Below, one piece after another: positions 37,081-46,000 of a stretch of DNA of 64,000 nucleotides; within the stretch, counting starts at the first letter, position 1, and every line of letters begins with the position of its first letter. The notes beneath the pieces were generated by a model that ran no database searches, had not been told where the DNA came from, and was given only the letters and a program-made list of their open reading frames with translations. The stretch is from contig CAXXIA010000002.1 of the NCBI GenBank assembly GCA_963666985.2, forward strand, positions 512,001 to 576,000. Reading direction: 5' to 3'. The stretch is from Spirochaetia bacterium (lineage in GTDB: Bacteria; Spirochaetota; Spirochaetia; DSM-2461). The position numbers and the translations under genes are program-made.

Positions 37081-38130
37081 TTATCCGAGAACCTGCGAAG
37101 GAAGCCTTCCGTAATGCTTTTTGAACAGTTTTCTGAAATGCGGGACGTCGCTGTATCCAAGGAGATGGGCCGTCTCGCCGACCTTGCACTTGTTCTTAAG
37201 GAGTTCCATGGCTTTCTTCATTTTGAGTTCCGTAAGGTAAGAAAGAAAGGTTCTTCCGATTTCATCCGAGAACCTGCGGCTCAGGTACGACGAGCTTACG
37301 AGAAAGTGGGCGGAAACGTTGTCGAGCGACAAGCCTTCGGTCAAATGGGTTTCCAGGAATTCCAGGACGTCTGAAATGGCGAATTTACTGGAACTCTCGA
37401 TCGGCATGAAATTCATCAATGTGTAATTCAGCCATGCGTAGAACCAATTCCTCAGCTCTTCCAAAGAGGGAATGCTGACGATCTCAAAGGCCTCTACGCC
37501 GATTTTGATTCTCTGATGGCGCAGGGTATAGAAATCGAAAATGACGTTCTTGATATTCGCATAGAGCATCACGAGGTCGCATTTGACATTAAGCAGGTTA
37601 TAGCCTTCCTCGTCGCAGATCCGGAACCACTCCTCAACCAGAGGCAGGACGTCCTTGCCCCCTTTGTAGGCCATGCTGTTCCGGATGAGCCGCTCGATTC
37701 GCAGAAGCCTGAATGGCTTGCTGACGCTGACGTGGAATTTACTGATCTCCTCGAACGCCCCGGCTTTCTGGTAAAACGCATCGACATAGTAAGTTTCGTA
37801 CGCTTCGTAAAAGGATGAATAAAGACCGCCGAGGCCCGGATGAATGCAGCCCTTAAAAGAAAAAGTCGAATCGAGGGACTCGCGGAACGCTTCAAGGGAA
37901 GGAGTACCGTCTTCTTTCCGACTGTAGTAAACGTCCAGTTCGAGGGACTGATCCACGGGGAAGCTGATCATCCGCTCATAGGGAATCCGATCTTCGTTCC
38001 GGTTCCTTAAAACGGCGAAGAAGAAATACTCCGAACGCGTCGTGAGTTCCTTCTCGGTGAAGGGATGGGTTTGTTTCAAATCGATGAGACGGGAGAGAAT
38101 GCCTTCATCGAGGATCGATTTGGTCGGCAC
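37081..38130 (-). CDS. AraC-family transcriptional regulator
   Basis: C-terminal double HTH (SL..VS.HF.VS.SYLSR.F, LGYSD..HF.K.FKK.YG..PS); divergent from the sugar ABC operon. Confidence 0.85.
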   Translation of the reverse strand: MPTKSILDEGILSRLIDLKQTHPFTEKELTTRSEYFFFAVLRNRNEDRIPYERMISFPVDQSLELDVYYSRKEDGTPSLEAFRESLDSTFSFKGCIHPGLGGLYSSFYEAYETYYVDAFYQKAGAFEEISKFHVSVSKPFRLLRIERLIRNSMAYKGGKDVLPLVEEWFRICDEEGYNLLNVKCDLVMLYANIKNVIFDFYTLRHQRIKIGVEAFEIVSIPSLEELRNWFYAWLNYTLMNFMPIESSSKFAISDVLEFLETHLTEGLSLDNVSAHFLVSSSYLSRRFSDEIGRTFLSYLTELKMKKAMELLKNKCKVGETAHLLGYSDVPHFRKLFKKHYGRLPSQVLG

Positions 38131-38277
38131 GGCTTTGACGGATCACCTCCATTCCATATTATAGAGGATTTTTATTCTATTCAAAAAAATCACCTATAAC
38201 TTGTAAAAATGTTCTTTCTATCGATCCGGTTGCGATGACTTTATAGTTAATGAAAACACCTATTGGAGGTAATGAAG

Positions 38278-39618
38278 ATGAATAAAAAAGGATTGTCATT
38301 ATCGCTGGCAGCAGCTTTTCTGATCTCCGCTTCGCTCTTCGCGAACGGTTCATCCGAGTCAGACGGTGCCGGAGACGGTCGAATCACGGTTCAATCCTGG
38401 CAATACGCCCTGGGCGATTACAAAGGTTTCAGCAAAGACGACGAATTGACCGGGGCCGTCGCGAAAGACTTCAACGCATCCCATCCCGGACTTCAGGCGG
38501 AAGTGAAAATCCTCCGTGATGCGGATCACTACACGTCCCTCCGCGTCGACTTCGCCGCGGGAACGGCCCCCGACGTGATCGGAATCGCCCCGGGAGCCAA
38601 CCTTGACCAGTTTAAGGATCTCCTCGAGCCGCTCCGTCCCTACGCCGAGAAGGAGTGGGGCCCCGACTGGAAGGACAAGTTCACCGAAGCGGCGTTCACC
38701 ACCATCGAGCTCTCCGGCGATGGGATTTATGCCTTCCCCAGCGCCATGAGCGCATCTGGAACCGTCTGGTACAACCGGCAGCTTCTCGGAGAAGTCGGCG
38801 TCGACGAATTCCCGGCTACCTGGGCAGAGCTGGAAGAAACCACCGCCGCCCTAAGGGACGCGGGCCTCATCCCCCTGATGTTCGGCGGCAAGGACGCCTG
38901 GCAGAGCTACGACATGTTCATCACCATCCTGGGGACGATCAACAAGAATCTGGCGAACAAATTGTTCGCCAACGAAGGCGATTGGACCGAAGCCGACGCC
39001 GTCGAGGCCTTCGCCTACTTCCAGAACCTCTACATCGATGGAATTGTCCAGGACGGAGCGCTTTCCACGACCCTTTACAACGAAGGTTACTCGCTCTGGA
39101 AAGACGACGACGGAAACAGCAACCTTCCGATGATCTTCAACGGCTCCTGGGATCTCGGATCGCTAAAAGCGAGCAACAGTTACTACGACAAGTTTTCCTC
39201 CTACGGCATCGGTGTCAGCACTTTCCCGGATATCGAAGGCAATGAGGCGGTCGTGCTCACCGCTCCGGATGTCGCCTGGGCCGTCAATGCCGATTCCGAT
39301 AACAAGGACGCCGCCTGGAACTTCGTCCAATGGCTCTGCTATGACATGCAGCAAGAGGTGGTCGACGGACTCGGATTCTTCAGCGTCCTCAAGGATGCGC
39401 CCGCACCGACCGTCGCGCTGACTCCGGACTACAGCGCCGCATATGAAACGATCTCTTCCGCGGTGGCGAGCGACAGGACGGTCGGATTCCGATCCTCGTT
39501 CTATCCGGACATGAACAAAGCCCTCTTCGAGAATCTCCAGCTTCTGGCGATCAGCGAAATCACTCCGGAGGAAGCCGGAGCCGCGATGAACGCGGCTTGC
39601 GCATCCATCGGACGGTAA
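38278..39618 (+). CDS. Carbohydrate ABC transporter solute-binding protein
   Basis: Signal ...LFANGSSE; G..PD, WYN..L, P.TW.EL and M.FNGSW motifs; GGAGGT RBS. Confidence 0.9.
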   Translation: MNKKGLSLSLAAAFLISASLFANGSSESDGAGDGRITVQSWQYALGDYKGFSKDDELTGAVAKDFNASHPGLQAEVKILRDADHYTSLRVDFAAGTAPDVIGIAPGANLDQFKDLLEPLRPYAEKEWGPDWKDKFTEAAFTTIELSGDGIYAFPSAMSASGTVWYNRQLLGEVGVDEFPATWAELEETTAALRDAGLIPLMFGGKDAWQSYDMFITILGTINKNLANKLFANEGDWTEADAVEAFAYFQNLYIDGIVQDGALSTTLYNEGYSLWKDDDGNSNLPMIFNGSWDLGSLKASNSYYDKFSSYGIGVSTFPDIEGNEAVVLTAPDVAWAVNADSDNKDAAWNFVQWLCYDMQQEVVDGLGFFSVLKDAPAPTVALTPDYSAAYETISSAVASDRTVGFRSSFYPDMNKALFENLQLLAISEITPEEAGAAMNAACASIGR

Positions 39619-39647
39619 TAAAGACGTCTTTCGGAAACAATATCCGA

Positions 39648-39676
39648 TCCCCGCCCCGGGGCATCCGGGTCGGGGA
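39648..39676 (+). terminator. Intercistronic stem-loop after the solute-binding protein gene
   Basis: TCCCCGCCCCGG...CCGGGTCGGGGA stem. Confidence 0.5.
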
Positions 39677-39703
39677 CGGTGTTTCCGGAGCAAGGAAGCC
39701 CCT

Positions 39704-40573
39704 ATGGTCAATTTCAAGAGAACGACGAGAACTGGATTGCTTTACGTGATGCCCCTGGTCCTGTTCGTCGCCGTGTTCATGGTCTACCCCGTTTTTTACA
39801 ACATCCTGACGAGTCTTTTCGACTGGAACGGCATTTCGAAGAGCAAGGATTTCATCGGCCTGCGGAACTATTCGGATCTGTTCGGGGATCCGGTCTTCTG
39901 GATCACAGTGAAGAACTTCTTCCTCTTCGCCTTCTTCACCGTCTTTACGCAGGCGGTCCTCGGAATCGTCCTGGCGTTCATGTTCAGCAGGAAATTCTAC
40001 GGAAGCGATTTCGCCAAATCGGTGATCTTCATGCCGGCTATGCTGAGCTCCATCATCATGGGCACTATCTTCTTCCGGCTTCTCGACCCGAATGTTGGAT
40101 TCCTCCGCATCCCGTTGAAGGCTCTGGGAATCAGCGCCCCGCTCTCCAATCCCGATCTGGCCTTCTGGGTCATCATCCTGGTGAACATCTGGCAGTGGAC
40201 CGGATACTCGATGAGCCTCTACTTCGGCTCCATCGTCTCCCTGCCGACCGAACTGTTCGAAGCGGCAAAGGTCGACGGCGTCGGAAACGTCAAACTCCTT
40301 ACGAAAATTATCGTGCCCCTCGTCCGGGGGACGACCTACAACCTCACCATCATCGGCATCATCGGGGCGCTGAAGCAATACGACTTGGTCGCATCTCTCA
40401 CGGGAGGAGGACCGGCGAATTCGACCCAAACCTTCACGACCTACCTCTACGATGCGGCATTCACGAATTATAAGCAGGGCTACGCGAGCGCCATAGCGTT
40501 CATCATGTTCCTCATCGCGCTGGCGGTCACCGTCATCCAACTAAGGATGTACAACTCTAAGGACGTCGGATAA
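39704..40573 (+). CDS. Carbohydrate ABC permease
   Basis: FIGL.NY, W.WTGY, EAA loop (ELFEAAKVDG), GYASA. Confidence 0.92.
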   Translation: MVNFKRTTRTGLLYVMPLVLFVAVFMVYPVFYNILTSLFDWNGISKSKDFIGLRNYSDLFGDPVFWITVKNFFLFAFFTVFTQAVLGIVLAFMFSRKFYGSDFAKSVIFMPAMLSSIIMGTIFFRLLDPNVGFLRIPLKALGISAPLSNPDLAFWVIILVNIWQWTGYSMSLYFGSIVSLPTELFEAAKVDGVGNVKLLTKIIVPLVRGTTYNLTIIGIIGALKQYDLVASLTGGGPANSTQTFTTYLYDAAFTNYKQGYASAIAFIMFLIALAVTVIQLRMYNSKDVG

Positions 40574-40577
40574 AGCC

Positions 40578-41363
40578 ATGAAGAAAAAAATTACCCAAAA
40601 AATTGCGGTCTACGCCATCACGATCATCGCCGTAGCCATCATCCTCTTCCCTCTTTCCATCCTGTTTTTCGGCTCTTTCCAGGGCAATGGGATCGGGAAC
40701 TACGTCGAAATCATCACGAAATACCACTTCCACACATATTTTCTCAACAGTCTGGTCGTCAGCGCCGTCACGGTTTTCGTCGTCGTCCTGCTGGATGTCC
40801 TGGCCGGCTTCGCCTTCTCAAAGCTGTCCTTTCCCGGGAAGAACGTTCTCTACGTCTTCATTATCTCGGCGCTGCTGCTCCCGGCGGCGGCTATCATGGT
40901 CCCCATCTTCCAAATCAACGCGAAACTGGGACTGCTGAACACCTACCTGGCACTGCTGGGCCCCTATGTGGTGATGATCGCGCCGTTCAACCTCCTGACA
41001 GTCAAAAACGGCTTCGATACGCTTCCCGATTCGGTGCTCGAAGCCACGATCCTCGACGGCTGCGGCGTCGGCCGCTCCCTTTGGTCGGTGGCCGTTCCGA
41101 TGTGCAAACCGTCGATCATTATGGCGGTCATTTGGACCTTCCTCTCGAGCTGGAACGAGTACCTGTTCGCGTTCATCATGCTGAGGAAAGAACGGATCAT
41201 GACGATCACCGTCATTCCCACGAAGTTCCAATCGATGTACGGAGGGCGGATGGGGATGCTTTATTCGTCCCTGTTCCTAATCCTCCTCCCGAGCATCATT
41301 CTCTACTTCATCATGCAAAAATTCATCGTCGGCGGACTTAATGCCGGAGCGGTTAAGGAGTAA
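40578..41363 (+). CDS. Carbohydrate ABC permease
   Basis: NS..VS, AGFAFSK..FPG, EA..LDG, WNEY and G.VKE motifs. Confidence 0.92.
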   Translation: MKKKITQKIAVYAITIIAVAIILFPLSILFFGSFQGNGIGNYVEIITKYHFHTYFLNSLVVSAVTVFVVVLLDVLAGFAFSKLSFPGKNVLYVFIISALLLPAAAIMVPIFQINAKLGLLNTYLALLGPYVVMIAPFNLLTVKNGFDTLPDSVLEATILDGCGVGRSLWSVAVPMCKPSIIMAVIWTFLSSWNEYLFAFIMLRKERIMTITVIPTKFQSMYGGRMGMLYSSLFLILLPSIILYFIMQKFIVGGLNAGAVKE

Positions 41364-41365
41364 AC

Positions 41366-42910
41366 ATGGATCTTTCGACATATCGCAAAAAAATTGAAGG
41401 CTGCTGGATGGGCAAAAACATCGGCGGCACCCTGGGCATGCCCATGGAATGGGAACGCAGCCGGAACGACGTGACCTACTATACCCACGACCTCACCGGG
41501 GAGCCTTTACCGAACGACGACCTGGACATCCAGATCCTCTGGCTCATAGCCCTCGAGGATCGCGGTTTTCTCCTCGATGAGAAAGACTTGGGCGAGTACT
41601 TCAACGAATTTATGGTCTTCACTCACGCCGAGTACGGGACTGCGAAGGTCAACCTGAGTTCAGGACTGCTGCCGCCGGTATCCGGCAGCTTCAACAACGA
41701 CTTCAAGGACAGTTGCGGATCCTTCATCCGCTCGGAGATTTGGGCATGCCTCTTCCCCGGAAGACCGGAAATCGCCGCGAGATACGCCTTCATGGACGCG
41801 GTTGTGGATCACGGTGACGGAGAAGGAGTGTACGCGGAAATTTTTATCGCCGCGATGGAGAGCGCCGCTTTCTACGAGAATGACGTCCGGACACTCATCG
41901 ACATCGGGCTCTCCTATATACCCGAGGACTGTGCCGTTTCCGAAGTCGTCGGGAAAGCGATTGAGACCTTCGATGGGGGCATGTCGGAAGACGAAAGCCG
42001 CGACTTCATCATGAAAAATTACGCAGGTCACCTGGAATGGCACTACATCTCCCCGGAAGATGAAGAGAAAGGATACGCCGAAGGGAAAATGGGATGGGAC
42101 GTCCCCTCCAACATCATGATCATCATCTACGCCCTCCTGTACGGCGGAGACGACTTCGAGAGGTCGGTCTGCTCGGCGGTCCACTACGGCGAGGACTCGG
42201 ATTGCACCGCCGGGACCATCGCATCGCTCTTCGGAATCCGGTACGGCGTGGATTTTTTCTCCGAAAAATGGACGAAGCCCATCGGGCGGAAAATAGTCAC
42301 ATGCAGCATCGATCCCTTCAGGATGCTGGACAGAATCCCCAAGTCGATCGACGAGATGACCGAGAGAATCCTCGTCCAGCGCAAAGAAGCCGTCCGGTTC
42401 CTGATGTTGGAAGAAGGGCCTTCCGAGCCTCTGACGGCTTCGAATCACTTCCGGAATATTTATGACGAGATGCGGACGATCCGCTACAAATCTCCCTACT
42501 TGAATGTCCGGCTGGACTACCTCGGCGACCCTGTTCTGGAAAAAGGCCGGGGAAAAACCGTCCGGTTTATCCTTTCCAACACCTCGAGGAGCATCAGTTC
42601 GCAGCGGGTGAACGTCCACATCCACACCAAGGGAGCTTTCCGGATCTCGCCGTCGAAGAGCGTCGGGGTTTTTCTGACGATGGCGCACATGGGCTCGGGT
42701 ATCAAAGCCGTGGAGTTCACCATCGATTTGGCCGAAGAGGAGCCTGAGAGAACCCGGTATGAATTCTTGGCGGAATTCCGCTTCGAAGACTCGCGGATCG
42801 GCCGGATCCTGGTTGTCCCTTTCGTCCTTCTCAACGAGACGGGAACGACGCTTCCGGTGAAATGGGAAAAACGCGGTCCTCGCTCGAGCCCCAACATGCC
42901 CCGGATCTGA
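41366..42910 (+). CDS. ADP-ribosylglycohydrolase (ARH/DraG) family protein with C-terminal extension
   Basis: GK.IGG.LG.PME, NDDLD, IRSEIW, DH..GEGVY and G.DSDCTAGT metal-binding motifs. Confidence 0.85.
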   Translation: MDLSTYRKKIEGCWMGKNIGGTLGMPMEWERSRNDVTYYTHDLTGEPLPNDDLDIQILWLIALEDRGFLLDEKDLGEYFNEFMVFTHAEYGTAKVNLSSGLLPPVSGSFNNDFKDSCGSFIRSEIWACLFPGRPEIAARYAFMDAVVDHGDGEGVYAEIFIAAMESAAFYENDVRTLIDIGLSYIPEDCAVSEVVGKAIETFDGGMSEDESRDFIMKNYAGHLEWHYISPEDEEKGYAEGKMGWDVPSNIMIIIYALLYGGDDFERSVCSAVHYGEDSDCTAGTIASLFGIRYGVDFFSEKWTKPIGRKIVTCSIDPFRMLDRIPKSIDEMTERILVQRKEAVRFLMLEEGPSEPLTASNHFRNIYDEMRTIRYKSPYLNVRLDYLGDPVLEKGRGKTVRFILSNTSRSISSQRVNVHIHTKGAFRISPSKSVGVFLTMAHMGSGIKAVEFTIDLAEEEPERTRYEFLAEFRFEDSRIGRILVVPFVLLNETGTTLPVKWEKRGPRSSPNMPRI

Positions 42911-43087
42911 GGAACTCGGCCCCCGGGATGGTTCAACGGCTTTCCCGGAGCCGAAAAAGCCCCCGTATAAGTTTCCCCGATATAAAAAGATCTATTTACA
43001 TCTCGAATTCTTCAAGGAACTTGATGAGATAATAAAAAGCCAAAGAACTTCTTTGTGTAAATTCTTTATTCTATGGCGAAAAAATGC

Positions 43088-46000
43088 TTATTTCACCCAG
43101 ACGATTTCCAATAGAGGAACTTCCCATTCATCCGGATAATTCTCTGTACCGGAATCCGAAAATTCCTTCCGCCAAATAATAATCGAATGGACACGAGCCG
43201 ATCGCACGGAGTCGAGACGATCTTCCCATTGACGGCCGACGGCTTCAGACAAAAAACCGATTTTTTCGCCCTGGGCATTTGTGACCAAAATACGCTTGTC
43301 CTGCGGCCGTTTTACCAGAGAAACCGCCGATCCGCTTTGGAGCCCGGCAATCCGTTGCCTGATGTTATCGGTATCGTGGGCAACGGCAGGATAGTCGATC
43401 CAAACAGAAGATAAATCCAGCTGTGAATAACACTGACTTAACTCATTATCAGATGGTTCGGGCAAAACTCCCACTTTATAACGTTCTATAGCCTTCCCCT
43501 GAAGTTTCGAAGTATACGGATTCTGAATACCTTCGAGTTCATAGAGTGTCAGGGTTTTTCGGGCACGTGTCATGCCTACGTAATAAGGCCGACGCTCTTC
43601 TTCCTGTTTCTCTGTGGTTCGCGGCCCTATCCAATTACCCAGAATAAAGACATGATCAAACTCCAAGCCTTTGGCAGCGTACACAGTAGAAAGATAGACC
43701 GAGTGTTCGGAACCTCCGAAACGCCCGTATTCATGAATCGCCTCATAGAGGAAATCAACCGCTTCTTTTGGCGTAGTCGCGTAGTTGTTGGTTTCCTCTC
43801 TCCACTGAATCAAGAACTCATCGAGCATGAGATTCCAAGGATTTTCTCTGTCGCAGCCATGACAATCAAGAAGTTCCCGCCTCAATTCTTCCGCCGTCAC
43901 AGCGGCCTGATCCAAGTTCTTGAGGTGTTTGATGAAAGCCTGGAATTCTCGAAGCCTATGAAGTGGAACCCTATTACTGCGTTCAGCCGCCATAGAAGAC
44001 GGAATCTCTGAATATTCCAACGCTGCGCGAATGGCGTCCAACTCTTCGTTTGTTCGCGACAATACGGCAACGCTTTTTCCGTCTTTATAGCGGTCTCTGA
44101 TTTCCTGTAAAACATGGCGCGCCTGATTGAAGGCATCCGGGCATCTGATAATCCGGACCGGCTCGCCGGGTGAATCTCGCCTCCGCGCTTTGTTGATCTG
44201 TATCGGATGCTCGGTTTTCATCCGATCGCGGTTCAGTGCAATCAACTGGTTGGAAACGTCGATGATATTTCCAGTGGATCGGTAATTCTCAACAAGATAG
44301 TAAAGTCGGGCATCGTAATCCTGCTCGAACCGGCGGATGAACCGTACATTGGCACCGCGAAAAGCATAAATACTTTGATCATCATCTCCCACCGCAAGAA
44401 TGGAAAGTCTGGCGTCCTCGTTCTCAGAATCCAGGGTTCGTCCCGCGATTGCCGAGATCATCTCATACTGCGCTTCATCGATATCCTGGTACTCGTCAAT
44501 GAGAATGTGACGGTAGCCGGCCAAAAGTCGCTCCCGCATCTCATCTCGCTCAAGACCGGGAATATCACACTCACCGCGTAACATGGCTGTCGCTTGGGGA
44601 ATCAGACGATCCAGATCAAAAGACTCTTTATGACTTTCCAGATGTGCGGATAAAGAAGCACCAACCAAACGCATCGCGAGCCCGTGATAGGTCTGGATGG
44701 TAACGCCTGCCGCATCTTTACCGACCAGTTCGTAAATACGTTTTCTGAGACTGATCGCCGCGGCACGGTTGAAGCATACCACCAGAATCTCTCGAGGACG
44801 GACTCGTTCAACCCGCAGCAGATAGGCGCATCGATGAGCGATAACCCGGGTCTTCCCTGAACCGGGACCGGCCAACACCAGCATATTACGATCCGCTTTA
44901 GCCGAGACTACCGACACCTGGACGCTATTGTTCAGCTCATCAACGATGTTCTGGTAGGACTCCGCACTGGTGGCCCGCTCCAGCATTTCCTCATCCCCTG
45001 GGAAGTACCGTTCAACGAACTCATGTTTGTCCAAAGTAAAATATGCCAGGGACAGGTTCACTGCATCCTGAATCTTATCCAGCCCAAGGGATGCGTAGCG
45101 GTTCATGACATGGATCTGGAAGTTGCGTTCTCTGTAATGCTCTTTGAGAGAAGAAAAATCACCTTCGGTAAAACGCCGTCCTTTTGCACTGGGGAGTATG
45201 CTGATGGTCATGGCGGAACGGAACACCGCCAGTCCCTGTTGAAGAATGATGCAGCGCTGCTCATGGAGAAACAGTAATCCGCGCTCAATGGCCGAACCGA
45301 AATCATAAATCTTCGCGGCAGCAAACATGTCGGATCTGAGAGCCGCCAGCAGGTCACTCTCGCCGAACGTCACCAAATACTCACCGCCGGAGCCCTGGGG
45401 AACCTTGGCGGTAATTGTGTTTAGTACGATGCTCGCGACTTGTTGTCTCCGTTCGGCGGTCTCCCGCAGATCATTCCAAGATCGCTGGAATTTAACCCCA
45501 TAGTGATCCTTATCACGATACTTCAGAGCAATGCTGCCTTGGCGGCCGGCCAAGCCCTGACCGTCCATGGCGAGACTTTTAAGAAGGTTGCGCAGGGACT
45601 CAGGTGCGCTTGTGTAGCCATCATCGATTAAACGCTGATTCAATCGGCGAAGGTTCAAAACCATCCACCCTTCGAGGTCATCTTCCTCTTCGCTCATCAG
45701 ATTGATCATAGCCATTTCCAGAGTGCAAACCTCGGACAACAGTTTGTCGGAAGCATTCGTACAGCGCACTTTGACATAGGCGCTGAGCAACGTGTCCTTC
45801 TTCACCAATCCGGCTTGAACCATGTCGTTCAATATTCGCAGTACCGGCAAAGTGTCGTGCTGCAGCCCTCTTTTCTCAGAGAACTCCCGATTGAGGGCCA
45901 TGGACGGCAGTTCCGCCAATTCGTCTGCGCTGAGGGCTTGGTTCGGATCACGATGGAAGAGCTTCTCCATAATCTCTGTCCATTGTCGTTTCGAAGTGTC

